Source: an uncultured Bacilli bacterium (lineage in GTDB: Bacteria; Bacillota_I; Bacilli_A; RF39; UBA660). Taken from it: DNA of 53,782 nucleotides. The DNA lies in the NCBI GenBank assembly GCA_947588895.1, contig CANQBF010000002.1, positions 1-53,782 on the forward strand. Reading direction: 5' to 3'. A program made the translations under genes and the position numbers. The notes under the pieces are model-generated. The model was not told the DNA's origin. It did no database searches and saw only the letters and a program-made list of their open reading frames with translations. Shown in pieces: positions 26,429-34,609 of this stretch; the stretch's first letter is position 1, and each line of letters opens with the position of its first letter.

Positions 26429-26980
26429 ATGGTTAATAAAATTATTGGTGAAGCGAAAGGAATATTTAATGTTATTACATTATTTGAAATTACAATAGCT
26501 TTAATTTATATAATAGTAGGTATATTATTTTTTACTAATTCTACTGCTAGTAATACTCTTGTATCAATTATTACAGGATTTATATTAATAATTCATGGTG
26601 TAAGTGCTATATTCTCATATTTAAGAAGAGGAGATATTGAATTATTTAATTTAAATTTAATATTTGGTATTATTTTAATTGTCTTAGGTATAGTTGCCAT
26701 GTTTTTAGGTAAAGTATTAAGTATTGCTTTAGGTATTTATTTAATTATTGGTGGTTCTCAAAAAATAAGTTATAGTTATTTTTTAAAGAAGTTTAATGAA
26801 AGTTCATGGGTCTTTAATTTAGTAGTAGGTATATTATGTATTATATTAGGAGTAACAACATTCTTTACTAGTGGTGATAAGATTATTGAAGTAGCAGGAA
26901 TATGTATGTTAGGTTATGGTGTTATAGATATGATTAATGTTATCTTACTTAGAAAGAGAAGTACATTCTTTATAGCTTAA
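26429..26980 (+). CDS. HdeD/DUF308-like multi-pass membrane protein
   Basis: 183 aa, six regularly spaced G-rich TM helices. Confidence 0.4.
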   Translation: MVNKIIGEAKGIFNVITLFEITIALIYIIVGILFFTNSTASNTLVSIITGFILIIHGVSAIFSYLRRGDIELFNLNLIFGIILIVLGIVAMFLGKVLSIALGIYLIIGGSQKISYSYFLKKFNESSWVFNLVVGILCIILGVTTFFTSGDKIIEVAGICMLGYGVIDMINVILLRKRSTFFIA

Positions 26981-27065
26981 AAAGTCAAATAGTTGTGTAA
27001 AACAGCTATTTTTATATTGTTAAAATATAAAATAATGATATACTAAAAATATAGGTGGTAAAATA

Positions 27066-28295
27066 ATGAAAATTAAAGATATTTATGCAAGAGAAATATT
27101 AGATAGTAGAGGTAATCCCACTATTGAAGTAGAAATGACATTAGAAAATGGTGTTAAAGCTACGGCTTCTGTTCCAAGTGGTGCATCTACTGGTACAAAA
27201 GAAGCATTAGAATTAAGAGATAATGACCAAGCTAGATATTTAGGTAAAGGTGTTTTAAAAGCTGTTGAAAATGTTAATACTAAAATTAAGGAAACTTTAG
27301 TGGGAATGGAATTAGACCAAGTCACAGTAGATAAAACTTTATTAAAACTTGATGGTACTCCGAATAAAAGTGTTTTAGGAGCTAATGCTATGCTTGCAGT
27401 TTCTTTAGCATCATTAAAATGTTTAGCAAAATCTCAAAATAAAGAATTATATGAATATGTAACTTATGGAAAAGTTAGTTTACCAATACCAATGGTTAAT
27501 ATTATTAATGGTGGAGCTCATGCTGATAATAATTTAGATGTTCAAGAATTTATGATTGTACCAATTATGAAAGGAATGTCTAAAAGAGTACAAGCTGCTA
27601 GTGAGATATTTCATACATTAAAAAATATATTACATAAAAAAGGCTTTTTAACTACAGTTGGTGATGAAGGTGGCTTTGCTCCAAATTTAAATACTACTAC
27701 AGAAGCTTTAGATTTAATTATGGAAGCAATAAATGAAGCTAACTATCATCCAGGAAAAGATATATTAATTGCTTTGGATGTAGCAGCATCAGAATTATAT
27801 GATAAAACAACTAATATGTATAAAATAGATAATAAAATAATTAGTGCTAAAGATTTATTACGTTATTATATTAATTTAATAACTAATTATCCAATAATAA
27901 GTATTGAAGATCCTTTTGAAGAAAATGATTTAGAAAGTTTAGCTGAATTAACTAAATTAACTGATAATTCAGTAATGATTGTTGGTGATGATTATTTTTG
28001 CACTAATGCTACATTACTTCAAGCTGGTATTGATTTAAAAGCTGGTAATGCTATTATAATTAAAGCTAATCAAATAGGTACTATATCAGAGATGACTAAA
28101 ACTATTATGTTAGCTAAGAAAAATAATTATAAGACTATTATTAGTCATCGAAGTGGAGAAACGGAAGATACGTTTATTGCTGATTTAGCAGTAGGATTTG
28201 GTAGTCCGTTTATTAAAACTGGTTCCGTTAGTCGTGGCGAAAGAATAGCTAAATATAATCGATTAATGAAAATAGAAGAATTATTAAATAAATAA
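27066..28295 (+). CDS. eno: Enolase (phosphopyruvate hydratase)
   Basis: AREILDSRGNPTIEVE, SGASTG, IEDPF, SHRSGETED, AKYNRL. Confidence 0.95.
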   Translation: MKIKDIYAREILDSRGNPTIEVEMTLENGVKATASVPSGASTGTKEALELRDNDQARYLGKGVLKAVENVNTKIKETLVGMELDQVTVDKTLLKLDGTPNKSVLGANAMLAVSLASLKCLAKSQNKELYEYVTYGKVSLPIPMVNIINGGAHADNNLDVQEFMIVPIMKGMSKRVQAASEIFHTLKNILHKKGFLTTVGDEGGFAPNLNTTTEALDLIMEAINEANYHPGKDILIALDVAASELYDKTTNMYKIDNKIISAKDLLRYYINLITNYPIISIEDPFEENDLESLAELTKLTDNSVMIVGDDYFCTNATLLQAGIDLKAGNAIIIKANQIGTISEMTKTIMLAKKNNYKTIISHRSGETEDTFIADLAVGFGSPFIKTGSVSRGERIAKYNRLMKIEELLNK

Positions 28296-28320
28296 GAGTT
28301 CGGTTTTGAACTCTTGTTTT
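28294..28320 (+). terminator. eno terminator
   Basis: AAGAGTTC / GAACTCTT 8-bp stem then GTTTT. Confidence 0.65.
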
Positions 28321-28362
28321 CATTAATACAAGTTAAATTTCTAATGTTATTTTATTCATTTT

Positions 28363-29292
28363 TTAAATCCTTCTATCTTTTACTTTTATTCCTTGATATG
28401 TATTTCTTTTGACCATTTCTTTATCAATATCATTTAATACACAAAATTTCTTTAATAACCAATCAGGAGTAATTAATTCTTCTTTTACAGGGTCACCAGT
28501 TATTCTTTCAATTACAACTTTTTCATTTAATAATTCTAACTGTGATACAACAATATCTATGTATTCCTCTTTCGTTAAAATATGAAATGGTTTTTCTTCA
28601 TATATTCTAGCAAGTTCAGTATCTTTTGATATATATAACATATGTATTTTAATACCATCAATATCTAAATCATTAAGTAACTTAATTGTGTTTAACATGT
28701 CTTCTTTAGTTTCATAAGGAAGTCCATTTATAATATGAACAACAACAAATATATTTCTTTGTTTTAATTTTTTTACACAATTAATAAATGTTTGTACATT
28801 ATGTCCTCTTTTAATAAATTCTAGCGTTTTATCATTACTACTTTGAAGTCCTAATTCCACAGTTAAAAAAGTTCTTTTATTTAAATCTTCTAAATAGTCA
28901 ATTACTTCATCACTTATGGAATCTGGCCTTGTAGCAATAGATAATCCAACAACTTTATCTTCATTTAGTAAACTTTCAAATAATTCTTTAAGTTTATTTA
29001 AAGGTGCATAAGTATTAGTCCCAGCTTGAAAATAAGGAATATATAGACTATTAGGCCATTTCTTTTCTAATATTTTAATATTATTTATAAATTGTTCTTT
29101 AATTGATTCATCACTATTAATAATATTGGCTTTACTATTAAATGAACAATAAATACACCCGTTACCATGTACTTTATTTGGACAACTCATATGAGCATCA
29201 ATTGGTACTTTGAATACTTTACTATTAAATTTATTTCTTAAAAAATAATTTAAAGTATGATATCTTTTATTATCTAAAGTATACTTAAACAT
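28363..29292 (-). CDS. TIGR01212-type radical SAM protein (YtqA-like)
   Basis: MSCPNKVHGNGCIYCS cluster, ELGLQS, and size of 309 aa. Confidence 0.7.
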   Translation of the reverse strand: MFKYTLDNKRYHTLNYFLRNKFNSKVFKVPIDAHMSCPNKVHGNGCIYCSFNSKANIINSDESIKEQFINNIKILEKKWPNSLYIPYFQAGTNTYAPLNKLKELFESLLNEDKVVGLSIATRPDSISDEVIDYLEDLNKRTFLTVELGLQSSNDKTLEFIKRGHNVQTFINCVKKLKQRNIFVVVHIINGLPYETKEDMLNTIKLLNDLDIDGIKIHMLYISKDTELARIYEEKPFHILTKEEYIDIVVSQLELLNEKVVIERITGDPVKEELITPDWLLKKFCVLNDIDKEMVKRNTYQGIKVKDRRI

Positions 29293-29424
29293 AATGCACT
29301 TCCTTTATCAAAACTAATATAACTAAAAATATATTATAATGCAAGAGATATTGTAGGTAAATAAACAAATAAATGATAGACTTTGAAAGTTAATTTTGTT
29401 AAAATAATGCATAGGTGATTCAAT

Positions 29425-30093
29425 GTGCTTGTATATGGAAGAAATGTTTTAAAAGAAATTGATAAAAAGAAAATTAACAAAATCTTTGTAAGCAGTAAAG
29501 AATTAATACCATATTTAAAGGAAGCAAAATTGAAGTTTGATTTTGTACCAAAACAAAAATTAGATAAAATGGTAAATGGTAACCATCAAGGAATAGTAAT
29601 TGATATTTTAGATTATGATTATTATGATATTGATGATGTATCTGGTGACTTTGTTGTTATGTTAGATCATTTAGAAGATCCTCATAACTTTGGTGCTATT
29701 ATTAGAACTTGTGAATGTGCTGGAATTAAAGAAATTATTATACCTAAAGATAGATCCGTTAAAGTAACAGATACTGTAGTTCATGTTAGTACTGGTGCGA
29801 TTGAATATGTCAAAATAATAATGGTTAATAATTTAGTAAATGCTATTAATAAATTAAAAGATAAAGGTTATTTTATCTATGCCTCTAAAATGGAAGGCAA
29901 ACCATATAAAGATATATCATATAATGATAAAAAAGTATTAGTTATTGGCAATGAAGGAAGTGGTGTCAGTAATATAGTGCTTAAAAATAGTGATGAAGTA
30001 ATAAGTATTCCAATGAAAGGAAAAATAAATAGTTTAAATGCAAGTGCTGCAGCTGCTATACTTATTTATGGTTTATTAGATGATGAAAACTGA
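29425..30093 (+). CDS. rlmB: SpoU/TrmH-family 23S rRNA 2'-O-methyltransferase (RlmB/YacO-like)
   Basis: YGRN.V.E, LDHLEDPHNFGAIIRT, IGNEGSGVS, SLNASAAAAILIY; precedes a sigH-like gene as in Bacillus. Confidence 0.7.
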   Translation: MLVYGRNVLKEIDKKKINKIFVSSKELIPYLKEAKLKFDFVPKQKLDKMVNGNHQGIVIDILDYDYYDIDDVSGDFVVMLDHLEDPHNFGAIIRTCECAGIKEIIIPKDRSVKVTDTVVHVSTGAIEYVKIIMVNNLVNAINKLKDKGYFIYASKMEGKPYKDISYNDKKVLVIGNEGSGVSNIVLKNSDEVISIPMKGKINSLNASAAAAILIYGLLDDEN

Positions 30094-30709
30094 AGATTTA
30101 AAAAATTTAAATGATAATGAATTATTAATGTTATATCGTGAAGATGATGAAAATGCTAAAAATCTTTTGTATATGAAATATAAATTTATTATTGATTTAT
30201 TAATAAAAAAATATAATAGAGTGTTTTTAGCATTAAATATCGATGTTCAAGAAATATATAGTGAATGTACAGTAGGTTTTAGTGATGGTATCATATCATA
30301 TGATGATAATAAAGATACAACTTTAACTACGTATATAACTTTATGTATTGAAAGAAGAATAAAGAGTATTTTAAGAAAATATAATAATGATAAATATAAA
30401 GTAGTATTTGATACTTTTTCTTTAGATTTTTCATATGATAATGGTTTAAATCTTATGGAGATTATTAGTGATAATTGTTTAAATGACCCATTAAAAAATA
30501 TTACAGATAATGAAGAATATAAAGAATTAGTGTTGAAAATTAAGAAGTTATTAACAAAAAATGAATGGGATGTCTTTATATTAATGGCTAATAATTTAAA
30601 TTATCATGAAATAGCTAAAATTCAAAATAAAAATCCTAAACAAATTGATAATGCAATGCAAAGAGTAAAAATTAAAGTTAAAAAAATATTAAAAGAAATT
30701 AGTGATTGA
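30080..30709 (+). CDS. sigH: Sigma-70 family sigma factor, SigH-like
   Basis: Region 2 (..LLYMKYKFIIDLLIKKY..) and region 4 HTH (NYHEIAKIQNKNPKQIDNAMQRVK); synteny with rlmB. Confidence 0.5.
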   Translation: MMKTEDLKNLNDNELLMLYREDDENAKNLLYMKYKFIIDLLIKKYNRVFLALNIDVQEIYSECTVGFSDGIISYDDNKDTTLTTYITLCIERRIKSILRKYNNDKYKVVFDTFSLDFSYDNGLNLMEIISDNCLNDPLKNITDNEEYKELVLKIKKLLTKNEWDVFILMANNLNYHEIAKIQNKNPKQIDNAMQRVKIKVKKILKEISD

Positions 30710-30758
30710 CAGTAGTAAATAAAGTGATAAAATTATACTTAATAAAGGAGAATGATTG

Positions 30759-31334
30759 ATGTTAAGTGAAGCTTATCATGATGAATTAAAAGGGCTAGTT
30801 GAAAAGAGAGAAGAAGCAAAGACTGTATTACAAGAAAGTGAAAGAGAAATAACTGAATTTTATAAAAAGATTATTTCAAAATCTTATATGAATGATGTAG
30901 TATATGAATCATTTATTAAATTAGTAGAACATTATGAAGGCGGCAAGTGGGAAATACAGCAAAAATATACTGATGATGATTATTGTGAGCAATTTCTTGT
31001 TAATGAAGATGGTAGAAAATATTATTTAACAAGTGTAGAAGTTGATGAATATAGTGTTATAACTGGATATATTGATGGTTATTTTTATCGAATTAATTAT
31101 TATTTACCAGATGAAAACTTAACAAAAAGATTGTGGAGAATATATAATAATCCAAATTATATTGAAGATTTTATGGATTTAATTATAATGTATCGTTTAG
31201 AACATGAAAATACATCTGATAAAGAAATTGAAGTAATATGTAATTACTTTATTGAAAACTACAATGTTGAAACAAGAAAATTTAAGAATAAGTTAGAAAT
31301 TGGTAATGATTATATAAGAAAATTAAAAAAATAA
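30759..31334 (+). CDS. Hypothetical protein
   Basis: 191-aa ORF, AGGAG RBS 8 nt upstream of ATG 30759; no motif recognised. Confidence 0.5.
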   Translation: MLSEAYHDELKGLVEKREEAKTVLQESEREITEFYKKIISKSYMNDVVYESFIKLVEHYEGGKWEIQQKYTDDDYCEQFLVNEDGRKYYLTSVEVDEYSVITGYIDGYFYRINYYLPDENLTKRLWRIYNNPNYIEDFMDLIIMYRLEHENTSDKEIEVICNYFIENYNVETRKFKNKLEIGNDYIRKLKK

Positions 31335-31360
31335 ATACGAAGTAATCGTATTATTTTTTT
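31334..31360 (+). terminator. Intrinsic terminator isolating the next operon
   Basis: AATACGA / TCGTATT stem, loop AGTAA, then ATTTTTTT. Confidence 0.6.
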
Positions 31361-31427
31361 AATGAATTTTATCATAAAATAACATAAGTTTCTGACAGAG
31401 AATAAAATATGAAATAAAAGAGAACAC

Positions 31428-31456
31428 TTGACCTTTTTGATATTAGTAACTATAAT
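31428..31456 (+). promoter_or_regulatory. Promoter of the MAT-like / AlaRS-like / S51 operon
   Basis: TTGACC (31428-33), 17 nt, TATAAT (31451-56). Confidence 0.6.
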
Positions 31457-31498
31457 TTATTATAATCAAAAAAATTGTAGAAAGAAAAGGTGATGATA

Positions 31499-32752
31499 AT
31501 GCAAACGTTTATTTATACAAATAAAAAAGCTGATATAAATAATCAAGAATTTGAAGTTGTTGAAACGAAAGGAAAAGGACATCCCGATAATATTTGTGAT
31601 ACGTTAGCAGAAAAAATATCTATAGAATACTCTAAATATTGTATTGAACATTATGGTGTAATATTAAGACATATGATAGACAAGTTATCAGTATTAGGTG
31701 GTGGTTCAAGAGTTCATTTTAAAAACTCAGAAATGATAGCGCCGATTAGAGTTTTAATTAATGGCAGATTTACAGATAGGTATAAAGATGAAAAAATTGA
31801 TTACATGAAAATAGTCTCAAAAGTGATAAAACAATATTTTAAAGAATTATTTCCATTGTTAGATATTGAAAAATATTTATTGATTATTGATAATACTCAT
31901 CATAATGAGGGACCAGGAGTTGTTTATGATTCAAATGAAACTTCAAAAAATGAAAGGGTAAAATTTTTCGAGGTAACTTCAAAAGAGGACATTGCAAGAC
32001 ATAATAATCATTTTAGATGCAATGATACATCTACTACAGTTAGTTACTATCCAATGAGTAATTTAGAATTATTAGTTTTAAAAATCGAACAAACTTTAAA
32101 TTCAATGTCTTATAAAAAGAAGAATCCATGGGTTGGAAGTGATATAAAAGTCATGGGATTAAGAAAAAAAGATAAAGTTGAAATTACGAGTTGTATTCCT
32201 CTTATATCAAAATATGTGGATAATTTAGAGGATTATCAAGATAAACTTTCTAGATTAAAGTCTGATATAATGTCTATAGCTTTAAAATATTTTGATGAAG
32301 ATAAGATAACTATTTGTTTAAATACTAGAGATGATTATTCCAAAAATGACCTTTATTTAACAGCAATAGGAAGTGCTATTGAAAGTGGTGATGAAGGAGC
32401 AGTTGGAAGGGGTAATAGGTCAAGAGGAGTTATTCCATTTAGTAGAAATTTTAGTATGGAAGCATCTTGTGGTAAAAATCCTGTTTATCATACTGGAAAA
32501 TTATTTACTGCAATTGGAGATAATATTAGTAAAAAGATATATGAAAAATATAAAATTGAAAATGTTGTATATTGTACTTCAAAAATGGGAGATAAAATTT
32601 GTGAACCTTGGAACATTAGTGTTGAATTGAATAAAGAAGTTTCTGAAAAAATAAAAAAAGATATTGACAATTTAGTAAAAAATGAAATTAAAAATCATGA
32701 AAAAGTTACTGATGATTTAATAAATGGTAAAATAAAACTAAATAGTTATTAG
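31499..32752 (+). CDS. Archaeal-type S-adenosylmethionine synthetase (MAT, PF01941-like) homologue
   Basis: VETKGKGHPDNICD, NDTSTTVSYYP, GSDIKVMG, SAIESGDEGAVGRGNR, SMEASCGKNPVYHTGK parallel archaeal MAT blocks (ERKG.GHPDSICD, NDTSFGVGYAP, GEDIKVMG, GDDGSVGRGNR, SMEAASGKNPVNHVGK). AAGGTGA RBS. Confidence 0.75.
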   Translation: MQTFIYTNKKADINNQEFEVVETKGKGHPDNICDTLAEKISIEYSKYCIEHYGVILRHMIDKLSVLGGGSRVHFKNSEMIAPIRVLINGRFTDRYKDEKIDYMKIVSKVIKQYFKELFPLLDIEKYLLIIDNTHHNEGPGVVYDSNETSKNERVKFFEVTSKEDIARHNNHFRCNDTSTTVSYYPMSNLELLVLKIEQTLNSMSYKKKNPWVGSDIKVMGLRKKDKVEITSCIPLISKYVDNLEDYQDKLSRLKSDIMSIALKYFDEDKITICLNTRDDYSKNDLYLTAIGSAIESGDEGAVGRGNRSRGVIPFSRNFSMEASCGKNPVYHTGKLFTAIGDNISKKIYEKYKIENVVYCTSKMGDKICEPWNISVELNKEVSEKIKKDIDNLVKNEIKNHEKVTDDLINGKIKLNSY

Positions 32753-32760
32753 GAGTTGTT

Positions 32761-33750
32761 ATGGATAAAAAAATTTTAGATAAAAATGAATTAGAAAAGT
32801 ATTTTTTAGAGAAAGAGTATAATTGTTTAAAACCCCATTCAATAGTAAATAATAATGATACCATTTTTGTAAGTGCAGGTATTCAACCAATTTTAAAAGA
32901 TTATTGTGAATATAAAATAAATGAGTGTGAAAAAATTTATATTGCTCAACCAGTTATTAGAACCCAATTTGCTAATTCTGTATCTGAAGGTTCATCCATT
33001 GCTTTTGTTAACTTAACAACATCCGGTTTTAATATTACAGAAGAAAAGCACAATATATTAGTTCAAGATTTTTTTGAACTTTTTTCTATATTAAACATGA
33101 AAAAAGAAGAAATAGTAAAAAAAGAAGATGAATATGAAGATATTTGGGGAAGTATACAATTGTCCGGTAAAAGAACTTTTTATTATTATAAAAATATTGA
33201 AATCGGAGATACAACTTTTTTTACTAAAATATTAAAAGGTGATAAAAAAATTGGAATTGAGACAATGAGTGATGTTGGTTTTGGCTTAGAAAGAATTAGA
33301 TGGCTTATAAATGGTGGCTCGTATTTTAATTTATATTCTGATTCTGCTAAAATAGATAATTATATAAAAGCATATTTATCAGTACTTTCTTTATTAAGAG
33401 TTAATGATATAAAACCTTCAAATAAAAATTGTGGATATCGTGCTCGTTTATTTTCAAAAAAGTTAGTAAATTTACTAAAAGCTAGACCTTTAAGTTTTGA
33501 GCTACAAAGCTATTTAATAGAAGCTTTGAAATATTGGAAAAATTGGCAAGATGTAAATCACGAAATTGAAACCAATATTATAGAGCAAGAGTATATAAGA
33601 AATTGTAATCGATATATTATTGATATTTTATTAAGCGAAGGATATGATAATTTAAGTGGCATTAATATTAATGTTTCATGGGAAGAATTTCAAGAAAAGT
33701 TGTTAGCATCAAACGTTGAACCAGAAAAGATAAAAAAATTATTAAGATAG
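32761..33750 (+). CDS. Stand-alone alanyl-tRNA-synthetase catalytic-core paralogue (class IIc aaRS-like)
   Basis: IFVSAGIQPILKD (cf FTNAGMNQFKD), AQPVIRT (cf SQRCVRA), SDVGFGLERIRWLING (cf VDTGMGLERIAAVLQ), PSNKNCGYRARL (cf [12 protein letters not shown]). Only 329 aa; no editing or C-Ala domains. Confidence 0.65.
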   Translation: MDKKILDKNELEKYFLEKEYNCLKPHSIVNNNDTIFVSAGIQPILKDYCEYKINECEKIYIAQPVIRTQFANSVSEGSSIAFVNLTTSGFNITEEKHNILVQDFFELFSILNMKKEEIVKKEDEYEDIWGSIQLSGKRTFYYYKNIEIGDTTFFTKILKGDKKIGIETMSDVGFGLERIRWLINGGSYFNLYSDSAKIDNYIKAYLSVLSLLRVNDIKPSNKNCGYRARLFSKKLVNLLKARPLSFELQSYLIEALKYWKNWQDVNHEIETNIIEQEYIRNCNRYIIDILLSEGYDNLSGININVSWEEFQEKLLASNVEPEKIKKLLR

Positions 33751-33758
33751 AGGAAATT

Positions 33759-34448
33759 ATGAAATTATTTTTATGTGGTGGAGGTTCTGGTAAACAAATA
33801 TTAAATGCTTTAGAAAAGTTTTCAAAATTAGTGGAAAAAGATAAACCAATTTTGTATATACCGCTTGCTATGGATGTTGAAAATTATGATAGTTGTTATA
33901 ATTGGTTTTCAAAAGAAATAACTTATATGAATTTAAATAAATTTGAAATGGTCAATTCAAGTTTAGAATTATCTAAAAAGAATCTTTTTAATTATTCTGC
34001 TATATTTATTGGAGGAGGAAATACTTATAAATTACTTTCTAATCTAAAAGAATATGATAACTATAAAAAAATTAAAGATTTTTTAGAAAAAGATGGAATA
34101 ATTTTTGGAGGAAGTGCAGGAGCTATTATTTTTGGTAAAAATATTGATAGTTGCTTGTTATCAGATACCAATAATGTTGGATTAATTGATACAAAAGGGT
34201 TTGATTGTTTAGGCGGTATATCTTTCTTATGCCATTTAAATAATAAAAATTTGAAAAACAATAAGAAATATTTAGAAAAATATTCTAAAAATAACAAATT
34301 AATTTATTTAAGAGAAGATACAACTATATATATAAATGATAATAAAGTAATTTTAATAGATAATCCAAATTATATTTATTTTAATAAAGGTAAATATTCA
34401 AAACATAATGCTGCAAATTTAAAAAATGATATAAATAATAATAAATAA
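33759..34448 (+). CDS. Peptidase S51 (PepE/cyanophycinase-like) serine hydrolase
   Basis: FLCGGGSG, IFIGGGNTYKLL, nucleophile motif GGSAGAII, His in FLCHLN ~40 aa later. Confidence 0.75.
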   Translation: MKLFLCGGGSGKQILNALEKFSKLVEKDKPILYIPLAMDVENYDSCYNWFSKEITYMNLNKFEMVNSSLELSKKNLFNYSAIFIGGGNTYKLLSNLKEYDNYKKIKDFLEKDGIIFGGSAGAIIFGKNIDSCLLSDTNNVGLIDTKGFDCLGGISFLCHLNNKNLKNNKKYLEKYSKNNKLIYLREDTTIYINDNKVILIDNPNYIYFNKGKYSKHNAANLKNDINNNK

Positions 34449-34551
34449 TTTAAATAGTTATAAAAAATAAAGGCATTTAAAGATGATGAAGTCTCAAAGA
34501 TAGAAGTTTTCAACAAAAATAAAATTTTTGAAAGAAAAAATGTGTAAAATA

Positions 34552-34580
34552 TTTACAAATAAAAATTGGTTTGATATAAT
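34552..34580 (+). promoter_or_regulatory. Promoter with extended -10
   Basis: TTTACA (34552-57), 17 nt, TGa-TATAAT (34572-80). Confidence 0.55.
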
Positions 34581-34609
34581 TTATTTATAATAAGAGGGAG
34601 AGAGTCTAT

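Noticed and set aside
27066-28295. Enolase looks ~20 aa shorter than typical and is not in a gap-pgk-tpi-gpm operon: pseudogene or moonlighting paralogue?
   Set aside because: All catalytic blocks are intact and the shortening is only at the non-conserved extreme C-terminus. The gene has a good RBS and terminator, so it is most simply the functional eno.
32373-32670. Two nested ORFs (32373-32630 +, 32488-32670 -) inside the MAT-like gene, and similar ones at 34061-34297(-), 36890-37153(-), 40018-40317(+), 41051-41257(-), 41375-41557(-), 44200-44409(-), 47119-47445(-), 52536-52787(-)
   Set aside because: They overlap strongly supported genes and have no independent signals, so they are considered frame artefacts.
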